Below, in pieces: positions 49,223 through 58,136 of a stretch of 64,000 bases of DNA. The position numbers and the translations under genes were made by a program. The DNA comes from a virus (lineage: Duplodnaviria > Caudoviricetes). The notes beneath the pieces are model-generated. The model searched no databases and was not told where the DNA came from. It saw only the letters and a list, made by a program, of their open reading frames with translations. Location: IMG/VR virus record IMGVR_UViG_3300020049_006862, positions 46,205 to 110,204 of that record. One strand, written 5' to 3'. Position 1 is the first letter of the stretch. Every line of letters starts with the position of its first letter.

Positions 49223-52200
49223 CTATAAAAAATTGTCACTCGTTATACGAGCGTTCGGGAATACGAATTTATTAGCCGATATAAACTTGGTGATATCATC
49301 CACAATTTTACTATCTTCTATAATTGTTTTCTTGTATTGATTATGGGTTTCTATTAACCCTACAATACACCCCATGAATCCCATTATGGAGTCAAAGTTG
49401 CCTTCTAAATTAAAGGCAGCCATTTCTTGTAACAAGGCCCTGTCTCAGATAAAATCTATATTTCTATATGTTCTATCGTCCCTCTCAAACTTAACTTCAA
49501 GTAGCCAGTCGCGTATGTACTGAATGCCTTCCATCTTCATAACTCTAGAAGACATCGGATAACCATAAGTTACCGAAGGCCCGGTCATAAAAGATGCTTT
49601 CTTATTAAAGATAGTAGTAGGTTGTTTACAAAGCAAGTCTAACCTCTTTATCTTTTCGAAATACTCCTTCACGTTACCACGAACATTTTCGAAGTAGATC
49701 TTTGCGTTACCATAAAACAAAGAAAGCTTGTGAAGTATATCGTTCACTATATGCCTTCCCGCGTAGGGCCTACCTCTATATACTGCAACCAATTCAGCCG
49801 AGCCAATCGTAGAGGCGTACTTCTCCGTCTTAAGAACAAAGATAGTACCTAACGAAGAGCCTGAAGCATCATCACTTGCGTAAGGGTCATGCCCAATGAT
49901 ATAAGCTCCTGGAGGAACTTTACCGTCGATAACTTGAGGAAATTCGTAAACAACAACGCAACCTTCGCGGTTGTCAGTATTCTTGATAGGAAATGAGTTA
50001 ATCGGCTTAAGCTCGTTAGTAACATCTATCTTATAATCAACACCATTAGTGTCTTTTGCTTCTGGGTTAAAGAAGAGAGTAACTCTCTTCTCCATCAAGT
50101 TTAGAGAATCGGCGATATCAATCTGGTCAAGCCTTGCTCGTACTTCTGCTGTTGGAAATATATTACCTGAAGCAGAGAGAAACATTTCTGATGGAGTGAG
50201 AGGTCTGTTAATAATCTCAGCATCGAGTGCTACTGAAGCATTCTTTGCCTTCTTAAGTTTTGTTCTGTGAGCTTCCAAAAATCCCCTAGCAACTTCTACA
50301 TCAGTAAAGCCATTCTCATCTTTGAATTCATTCAAGCCAAGATAAGCAGGTACAAAGTACCCAATGGGGGAAGATCTCCATTCGTATAAATCGGGAAATT
50401 CTAAGCAATCGTAAGTCTCTGGATTGAAGAATATTTTTTGAGCGGCTAGGGTACCGCCCCCTGCCATATCCCCACCAGTTCCGATGAACATCATCGAACC
50501 AAACTTACGAGCACCATCTCTTTGAGTCTCTACGCAAGCTGCGTAAGTCTCTTCTAAGTTGTCAAAAAACCCTACCTCCTCAAACAGCAAAACCCCTGGT
50601 CGCGTACCATTGGCAGCGAAGGGGTTATCTTTGAAAGTTCTATTCTTAATAGTGGATTGAGAACCTACTCTTTTCCAAACTCCACCTACCTTTTTTGGAT
50701 AGTGAGCTTTTATTTCTTTACCTGGATCAAAAGATCCGGCCCATTTCTTTGCGAATGGTGCGGGGTAAGTTTTCTTTCCTATTTGACTAGTTCCCGGAAG
50801 GTTATCGAGAGCAATCTTAGTTTTTTGTAAAGTTTCTGAAGAGTATTTGGATTCGGCTGCACCGACTACTATTTCAGAAGTAAGAATAAATTCTGGATTT
50901 ATTTCGTATTTGACAGCTCCGTCAAATAGAAATTCGTGAGCGACTATACCAACACCAAGAGAATAAGATTTACCTAGCCGAAGCCCCTACTGTTCCCGGT
51001 CATCGTATAGTCTCTTAAACAATACGAATGATCTTGATCGGTTTCCACTCCATAATATGGAGCGTCAGTTGAGGCTTCGATTCTTAAACTTGATATTTTA
51101 TAATTCTTAACAGGATTAAAATCAGTTTTTTTCCTGTGAATTTGAACTGGTATCTTATTAATATCTCCAGATATTGTAATTGAATATTCTTTAGTGTTAT
51201 GTCTTTTACGATATTTAAAATTCGTATGAAACCCTAAAGAATTAGCTAATTCTTGAACTTGCTTAGCAAATCTTCCGTCTGCTTGATAAAATCTATATGC
51301 AGATATATCTAAAGTACCGTCAGTATCTAATAACCCTGCCAAAAGTTTCATTCTAACTTCTATCGAGTTGTTTAGGTATTCTTCAGGTATATGTTTATTG
51401 CCTAAAACTCTTAAACTTTTCAAAGAGTCAATAATATAATTCTTATCTTTTATAATATTTACTTTATAATTAGAAGAATTGGCATTTGACGAATAATTAT
51501 TCGAATACATAGATAATTTCCCCCCTATCTCATCTGCATATCTAGATAAGAAATACACAATTTCAATATCGGAAGTCGTAATAATCCTACTGTCTCTGTG
51601 CCCGTCTCCAAGCCATATACCTAAAAAATAAGGATCAAGAGGCACTTCTTGGTAAGGTAAGTCTACAGCATCTCTTTTAAATCCTTTATACCTGTTATTA
51701 AAGTGTTCAGTACATATACTGTTCTGTATCTCAAAGAGCTTCTCAGCTTTTATCTTTGTTCTTTTTCCTTTATCGAGAATTTCTAGCTCATGATCATGCG
51801 TAACGCTATAATCATCACCATTTGATTGACATACTCTATACATCCTAGCTTGTGGTCCACGAATTGTTCTTTTTACAATTCTAGGAACATCGTCTATACC
51901 CATTAATTCGTCCCCAATATTTATATCCTCAATGTTTTTGATACTGTTGTCGAACATGCGGACTTGAGTACCAATAGGATGACAGCCAAGCATCATCATG
52001 TTCTTGGCATCATTATTAAACAGAGGGTAACCAAGTGGCTGTTCTCTAAGCATCCGAAGATTTTCTCGAGCAGGAATATACCTTTTAAGTAATCCATTTT
52101 CAGGATTAATAGCATCAGGATATTCTTTAAGAACTGCTGCCGGGGGCTCAGTAATACCTAAGGCTTCCATCTCTTCTACGAAGCGCAAAGAGGTGAATTG

Positions 52201-52497
52201 GGTGTCTTCGGAAAACGACGAAAAGCCGCGAGCCTCGGCCCAATTGTAGAATAACTCCCACTCAAGGTCACGAAGATCCGGCTTTCCGAAGTACGGGCTA
52301 CGCCCGCGCTCTTTTCGTTTAATAGTTCCAAAATTAATATAGAAGTAAAGTTTACCCGGCATATATCTGCCGTGTGCCCAATGACCTTCTATACATCTCT
52401 TTTTTTGTTCCCGCCAAAAGGAAACAAAAGCAGGAGATAATGGATGATAGTTTGGTATGTCAACAATAAACTCACGAGGATTAATACTCGTAATCAT
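49223..52497 (-). CDS. terL: Terminase large subunit with intein, a frame break at Walker A, and one TGA
   Basis: N-terminal FWREQKKRCIEG / LYFYINFG; G|intein|SRGFG then TAG 50974; GKSY resumes in another frame; LFEEVG, IGTGG, IIGHDPY, YFEN, GNFD; TGA at 49445. Confidence 0.85.
50992..51984 (-). mobile_element. Intein with LAGLIDADG endonuclease (331 aa)
   Basis: Starts CHPIGT, has VTHDH block B, FLGIWLGDG and LLAGLLDTDG, ends TGN followed by Ser. Confidence 0.9.
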
Positions 52498-54100
52498 TAT
52501 TTTCTTCAACATATGGCGCTTCTCCAGAGGATATAATTCCATCTGTGAGCGCGATCATTGACGCTACTGAAGCAGCATTTTCCAAAGCTAATCGCAATAC
52601 CTTAGTAGGATCAATGACTCTACAGTCTTTAACATCTACATATTCCATTTTATTCACATCGAATAATTCGTTGTGAGTTTGGATGTGGTTACGAACTACT
52701 TCAGAGTTAACACCAGCATTAGCAAGTACGGTATTGAAAACACTTACAAGAGCTTTTTTAACACAATCAGCTCCAGCTTGTAAGACAGGTTCAACATCGA
52801 TAGCTGAAATAGCGTCGAGGTAAGAATACCCGCCGCCAATCGAAACACCTTCTGTAATTGCAGCTTTTGTTGCTTGCAGCGCATCGTCTACCCTATCTTT
52901 CTTTTCTTTTAGCTCTACTTCTGTATGAGCACCAAGGTTGATAACAGCAACTCCACCTGAAAGTTTTGCGATACGCTCAAGAAGTTTTTCTTGAACCCAT
53001 GCAAATTCGTTATGAGAAGCAGTTTCTAACTCAGCTTTCAAATTATCTAATCTCTTAGAAATAACTTCTTCAGCGCCTTTTCCACCGACAATACTCGTCT
53101 CGGAACGGCTTACTGAAACATTTGTTGCGCGGCCAAGATGTTTAAGTTCTACATCTTTAACTAACATTCCGGAATCCTCTGAAATCAAAGTTGCACCAGT
53201 CACGGCAGCGATGTCTTCTAACATTGACAATCGGCGATCACCTTGCGCTGGAGTTTTTACCGCACATATATTTAGACCCATTCGTACTTTATTGACTACC
53301 AGTAGGGAAAGTGCTTGCGCCTCTACTTCATCTGCTATAATTAGCATCTGACCTCCTGCCTGTACTACCTTTTCAACGATAGGCACAATTTCAGCTCCTA
53401 CGCGAAGTTTACGATCTGTTACGAAAATGTAAGGATTTTCTAGTTCGCATGTGAGCTTATCAAAATTATTTACGAAATGTGGAGATATCAATCCTCTGTC
53501 GAATGAATATCCTTTGGTTGTAGAAATATAATCTACAGTTCCTTTAGAATCTGCTACTGCTACCATGCCGGTAGTTCCTACTTCCTCCATTGCCTTACGA
53601 ATAAGCGCAGCAATAGCAGGATCGTTATTAGCAGATATATTTGCAATTTGTTCTACCTTGTCCATATCATTTCCGATAGAGGTAGAATTTGCTTTTAGAA
53701 ACTCGACCACTTGAGTTGTGGCGATGTCGATGCCTCTTTTTAAGTTAATGGGTGAGACTCCCATTTCAATTTGCTTTAGTGCGTTATCCAAAATCGCTTG
53801 AGCAAGAACTAAGGAAGTGGTTGTTCCATCTCCTACAGTTAATACAGTTCTAGCAGCAGCTTGAAGAGCCATTTGAGCTCCTAAGTTTTGTGCTGGATCT
53901 TTTAGCGAAATATGTTTAGCTACTGTTACGCCGTCTTTGGTCACATAAGGTGTGCCGAAAGAAGTGCGAAGTACTACGTTTCTTCCCTTTGGGCCTAAGG
54001 TAATCTTTACCATATTAGCCATCTGATCGACACCTTCTTTCAAAAGTTTGCGAGCAGCAGAAGAAGAATACAAGTTTGTTGCTTCTCTGATTGGTACCAT
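52481..54100 (-). CDS. groL: Phage chaperonin GroEL
   Basis: TLGPKGRNV, VTKDGVTVA, GDGTTT, ISANND, ERIAKLSGGVAVI, KKDRVDDAL, VIDP. Confidence 0.97.
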   Translation of the reverse strand: MVPIREATNLYSSSAARKLLKEGVDQMANMVKITLGPKGRNVVLRTSFGTPYVTKDGVTVAKHISLKDPAQNLGAQMALQAAARTVLTVGDGTTTSLVLAQAILDNALKQIEMGVSPINLKRGIDIATTQVVEFLKANSTSIGNDMDKVEQIANISANNDPAIAALIRKAMEEVGTTGMVAVADSKGTVDYISTTKGYSFDRGLISPHFVNNFDKLTCELENPYIFVTDRKLRVGAEIVPIVEKVVQAGGQMLIIADEVEAQALSLLVVNKVRMGLNICAVKTPAQGDRRLSMLEDIAAVTGATLISEDSGMLVKDVELKHLGRATNVSVSRSETSIVGGKGAEEVISKRLDNLKAELETASHNEFAWVQEKLLERIAKLSGGVAVINLGAHTEVELKEKKDRVDDALQATKAAITEGVSIGGGYSYLDAISAIDVEPVLQAGADCVKKALVSVFNTVLANAGVNSEVVRNHIQTHNELFDVNKMEYVDVKDCRVIDPTKVLRLALENAASVASMIALTDGIISSGEAPYVEENNDYEY

Positions 54101-54252
54101 TATTCTGTTTTAAAAATTTCACTCTTTGTAATATCTCCGCTTAGCCCCATTTTTAGATATGTATATGCTTGCATTATCTTTCGTAAGCTATCGAAATCAT
54201 CTGTTAAAGTAATGGCATCTTTGCCATAAGTTACTACAATTGTAGCATCCAT
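54100..54252 (-). CDS. Small hypothetical protein (50 aa)
   Basis: MDATIVVTYGK...FKTE with a TAATG overlap onto groEL. Confidence 0.5.
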   Translation of the reverse strand: MDATIVVTYGKDAITLTDDFDSLRKIMQAYTYLKMGLSGDITKSEIFKTE

Positions 54253-54268
54253 TTAAAAATTAATTTAG

Positions 54269-54724
54269 TGGACATGAAGGGAGTTGAACCCTTGTATCTC
54301 ATATAATCTAATAATATATGTTTATAGGTTTAGGTCGAGAAGTATAGAGCAGGATTCGAACCTGCAGTCAGCATTTATCAAGGTGTTCCTACTATCCTTG
54401 TTTATGCACTGACGCCCTCGGTTATTAGGGCGTGTACACCATGTTCCACCTCCTATACTTCTACCACAATTTAAAAAAGGAGTGTACCGAAGCACACATC
54501 TCCACCACCCTATTTTGCTTAGAATAGGGAAACTAGCGTATGTATAATCAATCTATTTCTGTTTCGAGGTTAGACAACCCAAACTGTTCTCGAATAAGAG
54601 AACGAGTAAGACGAATACGAATATTTGCCGTTTGTTGTTCAATAGACATTGATAAGTCACTATACTATTATCGTGACACCTAAAATATATCCTCAACCAT
54701 ATAAGTCGATTCCATTACATGCCC
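54269..54724 (-). ncRNA. ssrA: tmRNA
   Basis: 5' GGGCATGTAATGGAATCGAC; 3' AAGGGTTCAACTCCCTT-CATGTCC-A; acceptor stem with G3.U; helix 2 CTTATAT/ATATGAG; pseudoknot GTCAC/GTGAC + GATAA/TTATC; candidate tag frame 54629-54570; CCA not encoded. Confidence 0.85.
54338..54462 (-). ncRNA. tRNA-like cloverleaf nested inside the tmRNA gene
   Basis: AGAA-GTATAGG/TCTATAC-TTCT stem, D arm GTG-GAACATGGTGTA-CAC, GCCCT/AGGGC arm with 8-nt loop, long variable arm, T arm GCAGG-TTCGAAT-CCTGC. Confidence 0.75.
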
Positions 54725-54848
54725 ATATTATAGAGAACGCTAGTGGCAAAGCTAACAGGACACCGGTCTTCTGCGCCCACTGTGGGGGATTCCTATCTTT
54801 CGATGTTCTCTATTTTTCTTTAAAAGAGTAGGGACTCGATCTCAGCAG

Positions 54849-54936
54849 ATATAGTCGAGTGAGCCCCTCCCTTTATCCCAATCCGGAAACCATATATTGC
54901 TATAAGGCTTCCGGCATGTTTAAACATAATTCTTTT
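54849..54936. repeat. Inverted repeat copy 1 (88 bp, exact)
   Basis: Exact reverse complement of 63913..64000. Confidence 0.95.
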
Positions 54937-55121
54937 TCTAACTCTTCAAGCAAAATAGCCAAAGTAGCTGGATGTAAAATAATCATTATTTTTTAATTTT
55001 TTTGAAGTGCAGACTCCCTTAAATACCATAAGCAAAAAAAGAGGAGCCTGCCCTCGATTAGATAAAAACAGATGAAGCCCCCTAAGACAATGGTTACTTA
55101 TCCAGAGGGACTTCACTGCTT

Positions 55122-55223
55122 TGGCACGTCACATAGGAATCGAACCCATATAGTCTAGCGGTTGGAATGCTAGCGCGTACTGTTTTGAAGACAGTTCCCG
55201 TTCCGTAACGGTTAAAGTGACGT
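55122..55223 (-). tRNA. tRNA with UCA anticodon (opal decoder), long variable arm
   Basis: ACGTCAC/GTGACGT-G-CCA; ACTGT-CT-TCA-AA-ACAGT; T arm ATGGG-TTCGATT-CCTAT; D arm CCGTT-ACGG-AACGG. Confidence 0.9.
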
Positions 55224-55235
55224 ATTTTAATTGTC

Positions 55236-55295
55236 GGATTGAGGGAGTCGAACCCTTTATACTGCGCCTCCCGTTTATAGGGTAGCAATCAATCC
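55236..55295 (-). ncRNA. Truncated tRNA-like element
   Basis: GGATTG/CAATCC stem plus AGGG-TTCGACT-CCCT T arm and one central hairpin; no D arm, no CCA. Confidence 0.5.
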
Positions 55296-55306
55296 TTCCT
55301 AAATTC

Positions 55307-55501
55307 TTAACTCCACATATTAAACCTACTGACAGCTGCCGATGGCCCCATCTCTTTAATAGTTTTTTCCATTAAAGTCATAAACTTAACCAGGTCCCAA
55401 TCTTTAGATTCCATTCGAAATGAGATTTCACAGCTCATTGTTGGAATGCGTCCTTGCATTGGTTCGCTGTCTAGTAAGACAGTTGATTTTAAATCGTTCA
55501 T
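55307..55501 (-). CDS. Hypothetical protein (64 aa)
   Basis: ORF with A-rich leader. Confidence 0.55.
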   Translation of the reverse strand: MNDLKSTVLLDSEPMQGRIPTMSCEISFRMESKDWDLVKFMTLMEKTIKEMGPSAAVSRFNMWS

Positions 55502-55594
55502 TGTTTATTTTTTCTTTCATAGGCAGAAGCAGACTTTATGGGGAGCCTCTTGTTTAAGTATCTACGCCCGACAGATTACCCTAAGAAATATTGT

Positions 55595-56074
55595 TTAAAT
55601 TAATCCCGAATCAGAAAGAGACTCAGGTTCTCCGCCTTCTAAAGACGATTCTTCTCCTTCCACTAAAGCAAGGAGGGAAAGATACATTTTATCTATCTTA
55701 TCAGATCCTAAGAGGATCTTATCACACATCTCGTACGTGTCCTCATTATAAGGAGTCTGATCTAAAAACTCGTTGCGCTGCTCTATCTTCTTCTCGATGG
55801 GAATAAGATACTTTCTTTTCTTAGAAAGTATGAGCGAAGTTAGCTTGGTCATCTCAGCTTTTTGTTCGTCAACTTCCGGATTAAATTCTTGATCCGGCAT
55901 TATATCCCTAATCAAAATTGTCTTTTCCATAATAGTAGAATTATAGTAAATTGATTTAGGATGTAAGAAGAGAACATAAGACCACATCCGTGTAGATTCC
56001 GTTTTCGGGAATTCTAATCTGTAGGCTGGATACAATTCGAAAAAATCCTTAGTTGGATCTATTAGATCTATCAT
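55595..56074 (-). CDS. Hypothetical protein, candidate terminase small subunit
   Basis: 159 aa helical ORF upstream of terL; assignment by size and position only. Confidence 0.4.
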   Translation of the reverse strand: MIDLIDPTKDFFELYPAYRLEFPKTESTRMWSYVLFLHPKSIYYNSTIMEKTILIRDIMPDQEFNPEVDEQKAEMTKLTSLILSKKRKYLIPIEKKIEQRNEFLDQTPYNEDTYEMCDKILLGSDKIDKMYLSLLALVEGEESSLEGGEPESLSDSGLI

Positions 56075-56669
56075 ATTTCAGAGGGTCTAAGGAAAATGTT
56101 ATTGTACCGGAGGGCACGGATTCGGTACAGTGAATACCGAAAGAATAAGCGCGAGTAAGTAAATCGTCGTTAAACAGAAGAAAGTCATTAGCAATACTGA
56201 TGCTATATTTATCTTCGGTCTTGATAAGAACAAACTTTTGGTCGGAAGTATTAGCTTCCGATAGGAGCTTGTGAAGAATGAGATTACATTCTTGGTAGTA
56301 GGTATCGATATTGTCTGTGACCTGAGAAAGGTCGAAACCGCGTTGAATGTCATCTTTCGAAGGTAATTGAGTTACACCAGGAAGAACCTGATCAGCGAAA
56401 GCCATAGCATTTTTGTATTCGTCGGTTTTTTTATACTCTTCCCATTCTGGAGAAGAGAGCATTTTATCGAACCTGTGGCGGGAATCTATTTTGCCAGGAG
56501 CATAGAATAAATTGGGAGTATGACATCCGCAAGATAAACACTTGTTATTAAGAAGGCAATCGTAGCACAGAATTGATCTGAATACGGCTTGTTCTTTTAT
56601 GTAAGGTTCTGCTCCTAACTTATAGTTTAGATTACCTTGAACAAAATTTACTACGTCTTTAGCTGTCAT
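56049..56669 (-). CDS. Putative Zn-binding protein (206 aa)
   Basis: CYDC...CLSCGC motif. Confidence 0.55.
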   Translation of the reverse strand: MTAKDVVNFVQGNLNYKLGAEPYIKEQAVFRSILCYDCLLNNKCLSCGCHTPNLFYAPGKIDSRHRFDKMLSSPEWEEYKKTDEYKNAMAFADQVLPGVTQLPSKDDIQRGFDLSQVTDNIDTYYQECNLILHKLLSEANTSDQKFVLIKTEDKYSISIANDFLLFNDDLLTRAYSFGIHCTESVPSGTITFSLDPLKYDRSNRSN

Positions 56670-56672
56670 TTC

Positions 56673-56987
56673 TTAGCCTTTGTTCTTCAGGATGTCGATA
56701 ATGCCTTTTACGAAATTGAACAATTTCGAAGCATTAGTAAGAGCCCACCAAAAAGTAATTTTAGTAGGGAATTCTAGCGTAGCCATCAATTCTGTGATCT
56801 CACGTACAATGGCTTGAATTTTTTCTTTAAGAGTCTCGTTCTCCGCTTTCAGAGAAGAGACTGTTTTAGTAAGATAAGTATTCTGTTCAGTTAGGAACAG
56901 AACTTTCTTCTGAGCCTGCGCAGCTTCCTGCTCAGCTCCTAATACCAAAGCATCAGGTGCTTTAGCTTTATTTTTGTTCTGACTCAT
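56673..56987 (-). CDS. Coiled-coil protein with amphipathic C-terminus (104 aa)
   Basis: Intact ORF coupled to neighbours. Confidence 0.55.
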   Translation of the reverse strand: MSQNKNKAKAPDALVLGAEQEAAQAQKKVLFLTEQNTYLTKTVSSLKAENETLKEKIQAIVREITELMATLEFPTKITFWWALTNASKLFNFVKGIIDILKNKG

Positions 56988-57363
56988 AGGTAACTAATTT
57001 TGCTTGAATTTGTGTTGGTGTTACAAGTACGTACCCTTCATGATCAGAATACGAGTTTTGTTTGTTGAGAAAAAATGCCTGTTCACGACCTTGATCTGTG
57101 ACAAGTACGAAATCTCCAATTTCTAGAGGCATAAATTCCTCTACTAAAGTTTTCGCAGATCGTTCAGATATCGCTACTATTTTGCCGATATTAGAGTATT
57201 CTCTATTTGAGAGAGGGGAGACAGGTCTACCTCCATCAGATACTCCGTTCTGATATTCAGGAATAATTAGTCCTCCGGCAGTTTTGGCAAGTGATAGCGG
57301 CTCCAATTTAAGAAGGATGCCACGCATCCCTAGAGGGATGTAATTATCTACTGTTAGTTGCAT
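56968..57363 (-). CDS. groS: GroES-like co-chaperonin (131 aa)
   Basis: PLG..ILLK, mobile-loop-like KTAGGLIIP, GKIVAI, LEIGDFVL; likely start MQLTV at 57363. Confidence 0.7.
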   Translation of the reverse strand: MQLTVDNYIPLGMRGILLKLEPLSLAKTAGGLIIPEYQNGVSDGGRPVSPLSNREYSNIGKIVAISERSAKTLVEEFMPLEIGDFVLVTDQGREQAFFLNKQNSYSDHEGYVLVTPTQIQAKLVTYESEQK

Positions 57364-57805
57364 ATTTAATACTTTTATACTTAGATAAGTGTTGAAAAAT
57401 ATGTTTCGGGATTTTTTTACTAGAAAGATCTTTTTGCGATCTTCTGTAAAAGTGAATCCACGCTTTGTGTCTGTTCTTAAATATGAACGAGACAAACCTC
57501 TTATGATCCTCAGAACCTAATCTGGCTTTTCTCAGAGCTTTTCTTATAAGAAAGAAGAATTTTCACGGAGATCTTATATGTATCCTACCTATTCTAGGTA
57601 AGTCTGCCGATAAGATTGAAAGATCTTCCATGCCCTCTCTAATTAGAGAGTAATGATGTTCAACGATAGAAGAGGCTAATTCCGGAGAAATGTTAAGCTT
57701 CTTTGCTATCTTCTGATATAGTTTCTTCTTCCTTACCTGGGTCGAACGAAAATACAAAAGAGAATGCTTTCTTGCTTTCATATGCTTGAGCGACTGAGTT
57801 TGCAA
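57344..57805 (-). CDS. HU/IHF-like DNA-binding protein (code 4, start uncertain)
   Basis: LYQKIAKKLNIS...LPRIGRIHI; continues through TGA 57563 to TAA 57344. Confidence 0.5.
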
Positions 57806-58136
57806 ATGCCTCTATTCTCGGGGCAGCGATTATTTCCGAATGCTCCTGACGTATAAGCCAAGTCTTCGCAATTAAGGAATAAAGTTTAGTCCTTATATTT
57901 GGAATCGACATTTCTTCTTCATAATCATGCTCGTACATCTGCTGTACTTCTAATCGAGCTAGTCGAGAGAACCTCTGGTGATTAAACTTACGAGGAAGGG
58001 CAAAGAAGTATGAAAGCAGTAAAAGTTCAGAATCCGAAGGACGAAACCTAGACGGCATAGAGGCTGAGAAAATAGATAGAGCTCTCTTAATCGTCATCAC
58101 CTTAGAGGTCATACTAAAAGAGAACTGAGCTTTCAT
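57693..58136 (-). CDS. Hypothetical, possible winged-helix protein (147 aa)
   Basis: Intact ORF; LYSLIAKTWLIR segment. Confidence 0.5.
   Translation of the reverse strand: MKAQFSFSMTSKVMTIKRALSIFSASMPSRFRPSDSELLLLSYFFALPRKFNHQRFSRLARLEVQQMYEHDYEEEMSIPNIRTKLYSLIAKTWLIRQEHSEIIAAPRIEAFANSVAQAYESKKAFSFVFSFDPGKEEETISEDSKEA

Noticed and set aside
7284-49445. Fragmented structural genes read as pseudogenes or a decaying prophage
   Set aside because: Apart from the MCP introns and the terL frame break, the breaks are in-frame TGAs at Trp positions, and a UCA tRNA is present.
50974-50976. TAG reassignment (code 15) as the explanation of the terL stop
   Set aside because: Readthrough stays in the wrong frame for GKSY, and TAG is a real stop for MCP, the scaffold and other genes.
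54338-54462. Functional tRNA-Leu(UAA)
   Set aside because: 8-nt anticodon loop, A at position 8, U discriminator, no CCA, and embedded in the tmRNA; kept only as a tRNA-like module.
55122-55223. Selenocysteine system
   Set aside because: TGAs fall at Trp motif positions rather than Cys/redox sites, the acceptor stem is 7 bp, and no selA/selB/selD is seen in the window.
54649-55288. Track ORFs 54649..54831 (+) and 55094..55288 (-)
   Set aside because: They overlap the tmRNA and tRNA structures, which explain the sequence better.
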